Origin: Candidatus Saccharimonadota bacterium
GTDB lineage: Bacteria; Patescibacteriota; Gracilibacteria; BD1-5; UBA2023
DNA length: 32,000 nucleotides
Direction: 5' to 3'
NCBI GenBank assembly: GCA_042852035.1
Contig: BAAFHK010000002.1
Location: 1-32,000, forward strand
Made by a program: the position numbers and the translations under genes. Positions 10,873-21,309 of the stretch are shown here, piece after piece (the first letter of the stretch is position 1; each line of letters begins with the position of its first letter). The notes beneath the pieces were generated by a model. That model worked only from the letters and a program-made list of their open reading frames with translations, was not told the origin of the DNA and made no database searches.

Positions 10873-10901
10873 TTGACAATAATTTCTCAATAAAATAAAC
10901 T
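10873..10901 (+). promoter_or_regulatory. Candidate sigma70-like promoter for the TPR lipoprotein gene
   Basis: TTGACA (10873-10878), a 17-nt spacer, then TAAACT (10896-10901), about 34 nt upstream of ATG 10935. Confidence 0.4.
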
Positions 10902-10934
10902 ATCGTATTCTGGAGTTTTCACTATAGTATAGTC

Positions 10935-12353
10935 ATGAAATTAGCTTTATTTGGTGCAGGGATTGCACTTTTTTTACTTACATCATGTACTAACAATAGT
11001 ACTTCTCCCTTCCCTCTTTCGGTTTCTGGTGAGAAAGCTACTTATGCTTCTGTTATGGATCCTGATGAGAAGATTAAGCTCGCCAAAAAACGGAAGTCAC
11101 AAATGGTCGGAATCCGAAAGGGGGACTATTATTCCCTGCGAAATGCTCCAGAGGATGCACTGCGATATTATCTCGAAGTAGCAGAGCGATTGCCAGATGA
11201 TCAAGTAGTTCGAAAGAAGATTGCGCATGTATATTTTCTCCAGAAACAATGGAAGCAGTCATACGATAATTATGTGAAAGTGCCACTTTCTGAACTGAAT
11301 GATTCTGAACAAAATGAGTTGTTTTCGGCATTATTTTTCGATGAGAATGAATTGGATCGTGTTGGTGAACTCGGGAAGTTGGTAATAGGTACGGGCGCAC
11401 AAGAGTATTATCATACGATCGACACCTGTTATACGGGGATTCATAATTGCGTCATTCAGATTGAGTTATACACGGGTTCGTACGCTTCTCTTATGGAACT
11501 TGCATCCGTATCGAAAAATGCTTCAAAAATCTCCCCTGATTACCAATATAGAAATTTCGCAATAGCAGCAAAGCTCTATGAACAAGGCATGTATCGAGCG
11601 GTTGAGAAGCTTACTCGAGAGATTCTTGATTCGAGACCTGATTACTTTGAAGTGATAAAATTGCGTGCTACAGCACTCTTTTCGCTCGGTGAGTATGATG
11701 CGTCGAAAAAGCTTTTTCTCCAGTATATCGAACATGATCCGAAAGATCTTGAATCCATGGTATTTCTTGGAGAAATTCATTTTTTCTTAAAGGATTACAT
11801 CACTTCGAATCTCTATCTGAATAATGCGATTCTCGCTGGATATACCCCAAAAACGGATCTCGAACGTCGACTTGCCTATAATTATTCCCTTCTTTCGGAT
11901 ACCAATAGTCTTATGAAGGTAATGAATTATCTCCTCCAGGAGCCAGATGTGCTCGAAGATGATGTAGCTGTAGGTGTTTCTACGGCACTTTCTCTCGGAG
12001 AAAATACGCGAGCCCAAACATGGGCAGAACAGGGATTGCAAATCTACTCTGGATCAAACATGATTCGTCCTCTCTATATCACATCGCTTCGACTCAATGG
12101 TGATCGCGATCGTGCTATACAAGTACTTTCGAATGTATCCGAAACCGATAGAAAGAAAAATCCGAATTATGAATTGGAAGAGGCGATTCTCGATTTTGAT
12201 ATGGCGAAAATAGATGAATCGCTTGCACTGTTCGAAGAACTTTCACACCTTGAAGAGTGGCCTGATATTGTTGCGGAAGCAAATGATTATATCGAACGAA
12301 TTCATACTCTCCAGCAGGCACAGAGTTCTGGGAGTTCTGTATTTCCTTGGTAA
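10935..12353 (+). CDS. TPR-repeat lipoprotein
   Basis: Lipobox MKLALFGAGIALFLLTS-C. Downstream are helical-repeat segments that look like TPR (e.g. YRAVEKLTREILDSRPDYFEVIKLRATALFSLGEYDASKKLFLQYIEHDPKD). No in-frame TGA. Confidence 0.75.
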   Translation: MKLALFGAGIALFLLTSCTNNSTSPFPLSVSGEKATYASVMDPDEKIKLAKKRKSQMVGIRKGDYYSLRNAPEDALRYYLEVAERLPDDQVVRKKIAHVYFLQKQWKQSYDNYVKVPLSELNDSEQNELFSALFFDENELDRVGELGKLVIGTGAQEYYHTIDTCYTGIHNCVIQIELYTGSYASLMELASVSKNASKISPDYQYRNFAIAAKLYEQGMYRAVEKLTREILDSRPDYFEVIKLRATALFSLGEYDASKKLFLQYIEHDPKDLESMVFLGEIHFFLKDYITSNLYLNNAILAGYTPKTDLERRLAYNYSLLSDTNSLMKVMNYLLQEPDVLEDDVAVGVSTALSLGENTRAQTWAEQGLQIYSGSNMIRPLYITSLRLNGDRDRAIQVLSNVSETDRKKNPNYELEEAILDFDMAKIDESLALFEELSHLEEWPDIVAEANDYIERIHTLQQAQSSGSSVFPW

Positions 12354-12364
12354 CCTATTGTTCT

Positions 12365-13585
12365 ATGTTTCAAAATGATTTTCCATTTCTGCGAGAAGTT
12401 CCAGGTACTATTTTCCTGGATTCTGCAGCGAGTGCTCAGAAGCCCGATCGAGTGATTCACTCGCTTGTTGGTTGCCTTTCTCATTCCTACGCCAATATTC
12501 ATCGTGGTTCGTATGATCTCTCAGAGCGAGCGGAGGCATTGTATGAGGATTCGAAAAAACGAGTGGCTCGTTTTCTGGGGGCAAGTTCACCCCATGAGAT
12601 TATTTATACGTATAATGCTACCTATGCCTTCAATCTTCTCGCTCGCTCGCTCGTAAAGTCAGAACTACTGAAAAAGGGTGATGTAGTACTTCTTTCTCGT
12701 CTCGAACATCATGCGAATATTGTACCGTGGCAGATTATCGCCGAGGAATATGGAATTCAGATCCAGTGGATCGACATTACTCCAGAAGGTCGAATCGATC
12801 TCGATGATCTTTCACAAAAATTAGCACCAAATGTAAAGCTCATTTCTCTTTCTGGAGCATCGAATGTTACGGGAGCGACTCTCGATATAAATGCCGTTCA
12901 TGAGGTTCTCAGACGATATATGATGCGAAAACTCGCAGATCGTCCCCTCTTGGTAATCGATGGGAGCCAATCATTTCCTCATTTCCAGATCGATGTGAGT
13001 CGGTATGATATTGATTTTTTCATCGCTACAGGACATAAGGTGATGTCTGACACGGGAATTGGTATTCTCTATGGGAAAAAACAACTCCTCAAATCGATGC
13101 TGCCAGCATTTTGTGGCGGTGGTGCGATCAATACCGTTTCAGAGTCTGGCTATGAAGTAGCATGATTGCCGTATCGTTATGAACCAGGAACTCCTCATAT
13201 TGCGGGAGCAGCGAGTCTGGGGGCCGCTCTTCTGTATATCGAAGAAAAATGAGGATATGAGGTGATAGAAAAGCATGAACAAATGTTGGTAATGCATGTA
13301 CTGAAGTATATCCCGAAGCTTCCGGGTGGTGTTCGTCTCATTGGTCCACAAGATGTACATGGACGTATTGGGGCTTTTTCTTTCGCCTTTGATCGTCATC
13401 ATCCGAAAGATATTGCTGATTCTCTCGCGGATCGTGGTATCGCAGTGCGTGCGGGACACCACTGTACTGAGCCACTGCATGCCTATTATGGGATTCCTGC
13501 ATCGCTTCGTATGAGTCTCTATATCTACAATACGACCGAAGATATCGATGCATTTTTCCGTGAATTATTCCTCCTTACTGCATAA
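12365..13585 (+). CDS. sufS: Cysteine desulfurase, SufS/class-V aminotransferase type
   Basis: FLDSAASAQKP, HANIVPW, the PLP-lysine motif ATGHKVMSDTGIGILYG and the catalytic RAGHHCTEP. Two track ORFs are joined by TGA = Gly at 13163 and 13250. Confidence 0.85.
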
Positions 13586-13591
13586 TATCCT

Positions 13592-13996
13592 ATGGATACT
13601 AATAGTCTCATTATCGAATATTCGAATCAGCCCGCGAATAAGTACATCCTCGAAAATCCTACTATTCGATATCGTGAACACAATCGTGTGTGTGCCGATG
13701 TAGTGGAAGTATTTCTCCTGATTCAGGATGAAGTCATTATCGAAGCATCGTTTGATGGATATATGTCGATCGTCGCGACCGCATGTACGGCAATTACGCT
13801 CGAAGCGAGTATTGGTCTTTCGCTCAATGAAATCCTAACCTATAATGAATCCTATATTCAAAGTCTGATCGGAACCGATATTTCGCCACGCCGACGAAAT
13901 GCATCTCTCATAGGACTCTTGGCAATAAAAAATGCCATTCACCAGTATCGTGATGACGGCATACAGGAAGATTTTAGTGATATATTTATCGACTAG
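13592..13996 (+). CDS. SufU/IscU-like scaffold homolog, degenerate
   Basis: It sits immediately after sufS and has the length and layout of SufU. It keeps RVCAD (compare CGD), but GxGCxIS is replaced by GYMSIV and R.KCA.L by RRRNASL. Confidence 0.55.
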   Translation: MDTNSLIIEYSNQPANKYILENPTIRYREHNRVCADVVEVFLLIQDEVIIEASFDGYMSIVATACTAITLEASIGLSLNEILTYNESYIQSLIGTDISPRRRNASLIGLLAIKNAIHQYRDDGIQEDFSDIFID

Positions 13997-14982
13997 TGAT
14001 GATGGGCATCGTGGTGAGTGTCATGATGCTCTGTGTGCCCATGAACATCATGTGTATTTCCATGCCCATGACTTTCTTCATGATGACCATCTTCGGCATC
14101 TTCTTTCTTGCAGAGTTGGTACGCCTCATACCAAGTAGCTTCGACGAAAATTTCGAGGGTCGAATTCAGATGGGCGATAAAAATAAATAGTATCACGCAT
14201 ACGAGGAGTGAAAGTGTTATCAGTGTAATGACAACGCTTTGGATCGTGAAAAAGGCAACAATACCCGAGAGAAAAAAGGGAATAACGAGAAAAAATATTG
14301 CCACAAGGATGGTTCGAAGATAGAGAAGCACCATGGTATAGTAGAGTTGCATGGTGATTCCAATATGTCGAACTGCCATGCTGGTTGATGCTGCGAGGGC
14401 TGGAACCACTGATTTGTGTTCGAAAATAATAAAATATTTCGTGTAGGCAAAACACATATTCAGAAAGAAGGCGAATATCAGATAGCCACCCATAAGATAT
14501 GAAATAGGAACGAGGTATTTTGTTCCGAATATTCGCAAAAGGAGAATGTAGAAGGTAATAATGGATAATGGACGAAAGATTGCTACTACATTATGCGCCT
14601 CAAATAAGGGGAGAAAGTGGCGAAGGCCATCAAATATTCCTTGAAACGTGCGACGCACTTTTTCGCCATTTGTTTTTCGGTATGAGTGTATCATCTCGAC
14701 AATTCCACCTTCCGCAATAGGAACAAGAATCATGTAGAGAAGAAAAATACAAGCAAGTCCGATCAGTACTTCTGTAAAGTAATCTTTGTGGATGAAGTCC
14801 GAAATGAGCTGGATAAATTTATCTTTCTGATGAAAGACAGTAATGTAGGTAAAGGTCAGCTGATAGAGAAGAATCAAAAAAAGCCATACCATTCCTATGA
14901 ATGATGGAAAAAAATTAAGCTTTTTGAGCGATGGAAAATGAGTAATTACTTCCCAAGCATGTAATACGATCGATTCCTTCAC
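13993..14982 (-). CDS. Polytopic membrane protein with a His-rich C-terminal tail
   Basis: Multiple hydrophobic segments. The C-terminus is EDGHHEESHGHGNTHDVHGHTEHHDTHHDAHHH. GTG start and TAG stop, with a 4-nt convergent overlap with the SufU-like gene. Confidence 0.7.
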   Translation of the reverse strand: MKESIVLHAWEVITHFPSLKKLNFFPSFIGMVWLFLILLYQLTFTYITVFHQKDKFIQLISDFIHKDYFTEVLIGLACIFLLYMILVPIAEGGIVEMIHSYRKTNGEKVRRTFQGIFDGLRHFLPLFEAHNVVAIFRPLSIITFYILLLRIFGTKYLVPISYLMGGYLIFAFFLNMCFAYTKYFIIFEHKSVVPALAASTSMAVRHIGITMQLYYTMVLLYLRTILVAIFFLVIPFFLSGIVAFFTIQSVVITLITLSLLVCVILFIFIAHLNSTLEIFVEATWYEAYQLCKKEDAEDGHHEESHGHGNTHDVHGHTEHHDTHHDAHHH

Positions 14983-14992
14983 AAATTTTGAA

Positions 14993-17140
14993 TTAATGAG
15001 AATTTCCCCTGTTTCCTATCTGATGTCCGATCCATCGGAAAAACGCTAGGATTCACTTTCCCTCTGTTTGTATCATATAGGTTTCCTTGATACTTGCCTT
15101 TGCGAGAGTGCTATGCAGTGTAGTAATATCCTGAAAGGTTTCTATGGAGGTCACACCCTTGAGGTTTCGGTCAATGTAGAGTGTATGAATCGGACTCGAA
15201 ATAGGGGTAAAGAAAGCAGCATCCTGGAGATATTCTAGAATCTTGCGCTCAGTATCTTCGGTTACGCTTTTTTCGGTAGCGGTACGAAGGGTAGAAAACA
15301 GACTGTCGAGTTGTTTACTTTCAATTTTCGAAAAATTAATTCCATTTTTGGACTCACTCGAGAGAAATACTTGTCCCACTCGGGAAATTCTACCAGTGGC
15401 CTCAAATCCTACCAGAATAATATCATAGTCTTTTTTCCCTTTCTGAAGCATTGTTTGAAGGTCTTTCGTAGAAAGAGGAGTGATGCTACTCTTAATACCG
15501 AGATTCATAAGGGTCGACTCCACTTGTTTGGCATAGGAGGCAAGTGACGCTGGTTCTCCTGCATGCATGATCGTGAGTTCATATGGCTTGAGTGCCTCAT
15601 TGTAGTAGTATCGTGGATCGAGAGCGGTGAATTTTGCTTTTTTCTCCATGATTCATTTTTGGCGTTCGGCCACGAGTTCAGGGGTATTGAGCTTATTCAC
15701 ATATTCTTGTTCGAGTTGCTCTTTCATTGTTTTTAATTTCAGAGGATCTCGTGAATAGTACACCGTGAGAGTTTCTTTGGTTTCTTTTTTTCCATTTGCA
15801 TTTTCGGTTTCGAGGGTATATATATTTTTCCCTTCGATGAGCGTTTGGTTTTCGAGACTCACGCGATAGCTAAATGTCGTATTATCAGGAATAAATTCCT
15901 TTAAGGCATATCCACTGATGGAGACAGATTTTGTTCCTGCTGGTACATTTCCAGTCAGTAGAAGTGTGCCATCGGCTACTTCTGTAAAGAGAACTTTTTG
16001 TTTTGTTGGGGTGGTAAAATAATTCAGTGTTCCATAATCTACACTCGCACCCGTGAGTACGATGGGTATTTTTTCGAGGAGACTGATTTTTTCCGCAGGC
16101 TTCATATACCCCTTTTCTCGCATAATATCAGCGAGGTCTTTCGGGAGTTTTGGAGGAGGAATCGTAATAGAATCTGGAAAAATACTATGAACGGGACGTT
16201 CCTGATCGACAACCTGTCCTGAAAAGCTCGAGCTCAAGGCAAGAGAAAGATATTTTCTCACATCACCACTGATCCGATCCGTATTTTGAAAGAGTCCTAT
16301 AAATTCGTAAAATGAATACCTATAGGGTGAAAAACGGGGGCTTACGGGAATATGTTCATTTTTTACTGGTGGGATAATAACACTCACGGTATCGCTACTG
16401 CGCTCCAGGGATCCAATATCAGGAAAAAATAAAAAATGGTACTTATCGAGCCATCCTTCTCCCTCATTTTTTGCATTTCTTCCTATTGTGATACGATCAT
16501 ATCCATATTGGCTATTTGAGTCTTTCTCTAGAAATACATAGGGTCCAGAGGTAATGTACCCATCTGCTGCGAGTCGTCCTGTACGAATACGTTCGAGCAT
16601 ATCGCTTCGAATAATCGGGTAGATAAGAAGATCGAGCATAAGAGAATTCTTTTCTTTACTACTCAGATCGATCGAATTTTTATCTTTACTCGTGATGGTA
16701 ATGCCTGCGAGGAATGCTCTCATTTTATCACTTCCAGGGTTTGCCTGGAATGCTTTATAGCTCGCTACAATATCATCCACTTGGATTATTGTTCCATCAG
16801 ACCAAAATTGTTGTTTTTTGATTTCACAGTGTACTTTCGAAAGGTCTCGAATATCACAAGAACCAATATCTGCTCCATATTCTCCACTTTTTGCGTCATA
16901 TCGAATGACTGATCGAAATAGGAATTTCAAGATAAGGTCACTGTATTTTCATTGACCGTATTCGAGAGGATTGGGAATATCGGGAGATTCCCCAACAATT
17001 CCAATACTGATACTTCCTCATCGAACCCCGATAGATGCTCCTCCTTCGTAAATATAGACTCCGATAAGATGGAGAAAAAACACACCAAAAAGAATGGTCG
17101 CAGTGATGAGAATAGGCTTGCGAAGTTCGCTGATTATCAT
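14993..17140 (-). CDS. ABC-transporter family-5 (oligopeptide/dipeptide-type) solute-binding protein homolog with an N-terminal membrane anchor
   Basis: Track ORFs 15053-15649 and 15653-16930 fuse across TGA codons, and the frame extends upstream to ATG 17138-17140 and downstream to TAA 14993. The N-terminal anchor is KPILITATILFGVFFLHLIGV. Family-like segments are ISIGIVGESPDIPNPL..FRSVIRYD and DYDIILVGFEATGR..GINFSKIESKQLDSLF. Confidence 0.65.
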
Positions 17141-17167
17141 AAGAAAAGGTTGGATTTCCTTCAAAAA

Positions 17168-17374
17168 TTATCGAACAAAATACATAAAGATGGAGAGGAG
17201 TACAAATACGCTCACCATGATAATAGTGATAGTGTGAAGTGTCTTCTCTGGACCACGACGTTCGAATTTTCCAAAATCTCCAGAACCAGGAATGATAGAA
17301 AGTCCAGTACCCTTCGATTGCATCATGATGATGAGAATAACGATAAGAGCAACGACTACAAGGATATAAGTCAT
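17168..17374 (-). CDS. secG: Preprotein translocase subunit SecG
   Basis: 68 aa with two TM segments flanking IMMQSKGTGLSIIPGSGDFGKFERRG, which matches the SecG QxxKG..G signature. Confidence 0.8.
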   Translation of the reverse strand: MTYILVVVALIVILIIMMQSKGTGLSIIPGSGDFGKFERRGPEKTLHTITIIMVSVFVLLSIFMYFVR

Positions 17375-17460
17375 AAAAATCAGTGTAAAAAAACGCGACT
17401 ATTGTATAAAGAAACCCTTTTTTTGCAAATTGTCTTTTTTCTGTTTTTTTTGGATTTTTT

Positions 17461-17481
17461 CTCACTATATGATATAGTGAG
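17461..17481. promoter_or_regulatory. Perfect 21-bp palindrome upstream of the pilin-like array (candidate operator or 5'-UTR hairpin)
   Basis: ctcactatat-g-atatagtgag: 10-bp arms around a single central nucleotide. It ends 18 nt before ATG 17499. Confidence 0.35.
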
Positions 17482-17498
17482 CGAAATTACTTTTCTCT

Positions 17499-17894
17499 AT
17501 GCTTCGCTTTCTTCTGACCATCTATTTTGTTATCGTAAGTACGTTCTCGAGTCTTTTTGTTTTTGCTGAGGGGGTCAATGATATTGCGAGTCCTGATTTT
17601 CAGGTCAGTACCTGTGATATGGATCCAATGCATCAAAATTGCGGTTCCTTTACCATTACTGGAAAAGATGCATTTCAGCTTCTGCTCGGGAAAGTCTCCA
17701 CGATTTTACTCTATATGGTTCCGATTATTGCTGCCGTTTCCTTTATGGTGGCAGGATATTATTATGTCCTGTCAGCTGGCGATAGTGAGAAGGTGAGTCA
17801 AGCAAAAACGATTATTAAGTGGAATATTGTGGCGGTATGTGTTGCATTTTTCTCCCTCACGATCATAAAAATTATCCAATATATCATCACATAA
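17499..17894 (+). CDS. T4SS-pilin-like (TrbC/VirB2-like) small membrane protein, paralog 1
   Basis: Signal peptide, then two hydrophobic helices flanking the motif LSAGDSEKVSQAKTII. Confidence 0.6.
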   Translation: MLRFLLTIYFVIVSTFSSLFVFAEGVNDIASPDFQVSTCDMDPMHQNCGSFTITGKDAFQLLLGKVSTILLYMVPIIAAVSFMVAGYYYVLSAGDSEKVSQAKTIIKWNIVAVCVAFFSLTIIKIIQYIIT

Positions 17895-17899
17895 TTCAC

Positions 17900-18256
17900 A
17901 TGCAACGATTTCTTTTCCTTCTTGCTTTCCTTCTTCCTCTTCCTATTTCTATTGTTTCAGCGGTTGCTGAAGTTCTTGATCCAACGCGAGATTCATGAGT
18001 ATGAAATGGTATGCTTCCTGTTCCAAATGCCGATGGCGCTGATGTTATAGGTGCTATTATTGCTTATGGTATTGGCGTGGTTGGTATTCTTGGAGTGATT
18101 GCGATTACGTGGGCGGGGATTCAGATTATCTATGCAGCAGGCGATGATGAGAAGGTAAAAAAAGCTCGCTATACCATTATCTATGGCCTCATCGGAGTGC
18201 TTCTTGCGGGTATGGCCTATGGTATTATTAAGTTTGTTGGCTCTATTCAGATATAA
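17900..18256 (+). CDS. T4SS-pilin-like small membrane protein, paralog 2
   Basis: ATG 17900 is joined to track ORF 18011 through two TGA codons. Signal peptide MQRFLFLLAFLLPLPISIVSA. Motif YAAGDDEKVKKARYTII. Confidence 0.6.
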
Positions 18257-18265
18257 TTATTTTTT

Positions 18266-18622
18266 ATGAAACAGATTTTTTGATTCATCTTCGCGTACGG
18301 GTTCTTTCCATTGCATATGTTTGCGGCGGGAGCGAGTGATTTTGTATTTGGTCGAAATTTCGAAGGAAATATTTTTCGTGATTCCACTTCCTGGACGATT
18401 ATGCGATTTTTCTCGTATGCGGAGGAAATCTTACTTCGGGTCGCTCTTCCGCTTATTGTTGTGGGAGTTTCGATCTATGTCGCCTATGAGCTCTTGACCG
18501 CTGAGGGGGATGAAGAAAAAATGAAAAAAGCATGGAAAGCACTTTCGTATAGCGTGATTGGTTTAATCACGGTCATGTGTGCCTATTTCTTTGTGACGAT
18601 TGTTTCGCAAATTTCTTTCTAA
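18266..18622 (+). CDS. T4SS-pilin-like small membrane protein, paralog 3
   Basis: ATG 18266 is joined to track ORF 18311 through TGA 18281-18283. Motif LTAEGDEEKMKKAWKAL lies between two hydrophobic helices. Confidence 0.6.
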
Positions 18623-18635
18623 TACCTCCTCTCTT

Positions 18636-19061
18636 ATGTGGCGTTTTCTCTCTTTTCTTCTGTGCTCTTTCTTTCCTCTTGGATTTCTCTTTGCGGATAC
18701 TACTGCGACTACGAATTGTACCTTTGAAGCCAACCAGACGGCCAATGCTGCACAGTTTCTCAAAAATTGTGCACAGGATACTCCTGGTATTCCGCCAGGA
18801 AATACTTCTGATATTAAAGGAGTGAAAGAACGAATTGCGAATATCGCAAAAAAGGTTATACAGTTTGGAGCACTCTTTGCTGTAGGGGCACTCGTATTTG
18901 CTGGGATACAATATACAACCGCATATGGCGATGATGAGAAGTTAAAACATGCGAAAACAACAGGAATTTTCGCAGTAGTTGGACTCCTTCTTCTCATGGC
19001 TTCATTCGGACTTGTGGATATTTTAGTCCGGTTTATCTATGAATTAGTCGGTAATACTTAG
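18636..19061 (+). CDS. T4SS-pilin-like small membrane protein, paralog 4
   Basis: Signal peptide MWRFLSFLLCSFFPLGFLFA. Motif TTAYGDDEKLKHAKTT lies between two hydrophobic helices. Confidence 0.6.
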   Translation: MWRFLSFLLCSFFPLGFLFADTTATTNCTFEANQTANAAQFLKNCAQDTPGIPPGNTSDIKGVKERIANIAKKVIQFGALFAVGALVFAGIQYTTAYGDDEKLKHAKTTGIFAVVGLLLLMASFGLVDILVRFIYELVGNT

Positions 19062-19072
19062 TCGTGATCTTC

Positions 19073-19753
19073 ATGGTTCGTTCTCTTTTTTTGTGTATTT
19101 TTCTGTGTTTGCTTTGAGTCTTTCCTCTTTTTGCAGGAGAGGGTTTTGTAGTGAATACGATTGGTTCGGTAAAAAATGCAGAAGGAAGAAAGCAAATGAT
19201 CGAGGAGGTACTCTCTGCTGATACGCTTCGCTTTGGATATAGTGCCCTCTCGATTGTTATAGATGCAAAACAAACAGAGCCTCGTGGAAAAATGACAGGC
19301 CGTTCCATCACTCTTTCTCCGTATGTGGCTCGAGATAGTGAATTTATCAAATTATTAGCTCATGAGATCGGACACTATGTAGATATCTACTACCTGATTC
19401 CGAATGGAGGAAATGATCTATCGAATCTGTTTTATTCGATTAGTTGGCAGGATAAAACCGTAAAAAAATCAGGAGAAGGGCTCTCGAGTTTTGTTTCAGG
19501 GTATGCTGCGACGAATCAGTTCGAGGACTTTGCGGAATCCTTTGTTTTCTATATGTTTCATAATGATGAATTCGCTGATCGTGCCTTGCGTAATGATTCG
19601 TTACGTCAGAAGTATCTATTTTTTTCTGAACATGTTTTTATTCATAGGGAATTTGTAGGAACGGATTTTCGGACTCAGACGATCCCGAGTTATGTATGGG
19701 ATACGACGAAGATTCCTATTTCTGTGAAAAAATACTTGAATTCCCTCGAATAG
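19073..19753 (+). CDS. Secreted putative zinc metallopeptidase (HEXXH)
   Basis: ATG 19073 joins track ORF 19151 through one TGA. Signal peptide MVRSLFLCIFLCLLGVFPLFA. The motif LLAHEIGHYVD has a downstream acidic FEDFAESF segment. Confidence 0.6.
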
Positions 19754-19947
19754 TCTATATACTCCCTCCACGATTTCCTTGGTGGAAAGTTCAGTGAAAA
19801 TACGGTTTTTACTGATTTGTTCATCAAGTTTCTAGTTCTCCTTTTGTTGATATTTCATATTGGACGATTCAAGTGCTTGATAACATCTCATTCTTTTTTC
19901 ATTGCCAATATACGGGCAATCTGAATGCTTTCTTATTATTTTTTGTT

Positions 19948-21189
19948 ATGTCAAACATTTTTGGCGATACGCATGATATCGCTTTTGGTACTTTTTCTGA
20001 TGAGAAAAAGACATTTTCGGAGAAACCACGTTCGCAGGCGCCTGTATCCAAACCTGTTCGAGCACCTTCATCATCGATGTACCATCGTCCGATAGAATCT
20101 CGAAAGCCCGTGAGTCGTGAACGTTTCCATGGAACCAGTACTCCAGCACCCACTCCAAAGATTCCAAAAAATCCACTCATTCAGCTGGTTGAATCGATGA
20201 AACCGTCTTTTTTGCCACAAAATGAAGAGGGGACACTCCGATTTGTTCTTCTTTCTGAGGCAACTGCTTCGGATCCATTTTTCCTTTTGCGCTACGAAGA
20301 AACAACTCTTCTTTTTGGAACGGGATTTGGAAGTGTAGAAATGATGGGAACATCCTATCCGACATTTCCCGATATGCGTCTCGCCTATAGCGAACGGGAT
20401 CGACTCGCAGGTTGGGTCATCCTCGATCCAGGTTTTTCCATCGAACCATTTCGTATGATTCTTGAAGGACTTGGTTTTCCTCATGTGTACGGTTCTCGTG
20501 AAGTTATTGCAAAAATTCGTGATAGTATAAAGGATCAGGATTTTCTCGATCGTTGTCGCTTTTTCGAGCTTTTTTCTCCGTCGACTCCAGAGCGAAAAAT
20601 TGCTGATATTACTCTGAATCATACGGATGTAGGGGTGATGATTGCTGCGGGAAATACGAGTTTCATCGATGGAATTCATGGGAGCAATACTCCTCTTTCA
20701 TGAGTTCCCGTCCTTCGAAAGGATCAGTGAGTATTTCTTCTTGGCTTGTCGAATGAGCATATCGAAGTAGGGGAAATTATCGAACTGAAAAAATCATTAC
20801 CCACGAAACATTCGCTTCGTTTTACCTTTGACACATTTTTTCTCGATAAAAATTCTGTGGGTCTTCAGGCAGGATATGTCCTGAAAGATCGAAAGGAACT
20901 CGCAGAAAATGGGATACTTACTTTTGTGATCGAGGAAGATGGGGTGGCTCGCGCTATCGTTGGACATATTTTTATCGATTCTCGGGGTTTTGTGCATTCT
21001 CATGAGATGATGAGTGTCCATAAGGAGATTCTCAAAGGAATCCGTCATACCTATGAACAGTCGATTCTTGCAAATCCTCGTATCGAACGAGGAGAGCTCG
21101 TTCAGACATTTCGTCGCGAAATTACGAAATACTGTTATCTCCTGACGGGTCGAACCCCCGTGGTCATGCCGATTATTATCGAACGGTAA
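19948..21189 (+). CDS. RNase J-like paralog lacking the metallo-beta-lactamase HxHxDH motif (likely non-catalytic)
   Basis: Track ORFs 19873 and 20746 fuse across TGA 20701 and 20728. LRFVLLSEATASDPFFLLRYEETTLLFGTGFG parallels the RNase J N-terminus. The position of THGHxDH reads LDPGFSIE. The C-terminal part (YVLKDRKELAENGILTFVI ... IDSRGFVHSHE ... GRTPVVMPIIIE) parallels the RNase J C-terminal half. Confidence 0.65.
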
Positions 21190-21309
21190 TTTTCATTTAC
21201 TTCGTATGAGAATCTCTGAGTAAAAAGAGCTACTTCTTCAACGTATGACAACATCTTTATAAAATTCCTTCCCAAATAGATTAGATTCTACATTATAACC
21301 AAAATATTT

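Noticed and set aside
16938-17569. Track ORFs 16938-17465 (-) and 16952-17569 (+)
   Set aside because: They are the wrong frame or strand over the N-terminus of the solute-binding protein and secG. Their translations are low-complexity, with no motif.
18563-18997. Minus-strand ORFs of 144 and 112 aa
   Set aside because: They are antisense to pilin-like paralogs 3 and 4, which have a signal peptide and the conserved GDxEK architecture.
20071-20679. Minus-strand ORF (202 aa)
   Set aside because: It is antisense to the RNase J-like paralog, and no family resemblance was seen.
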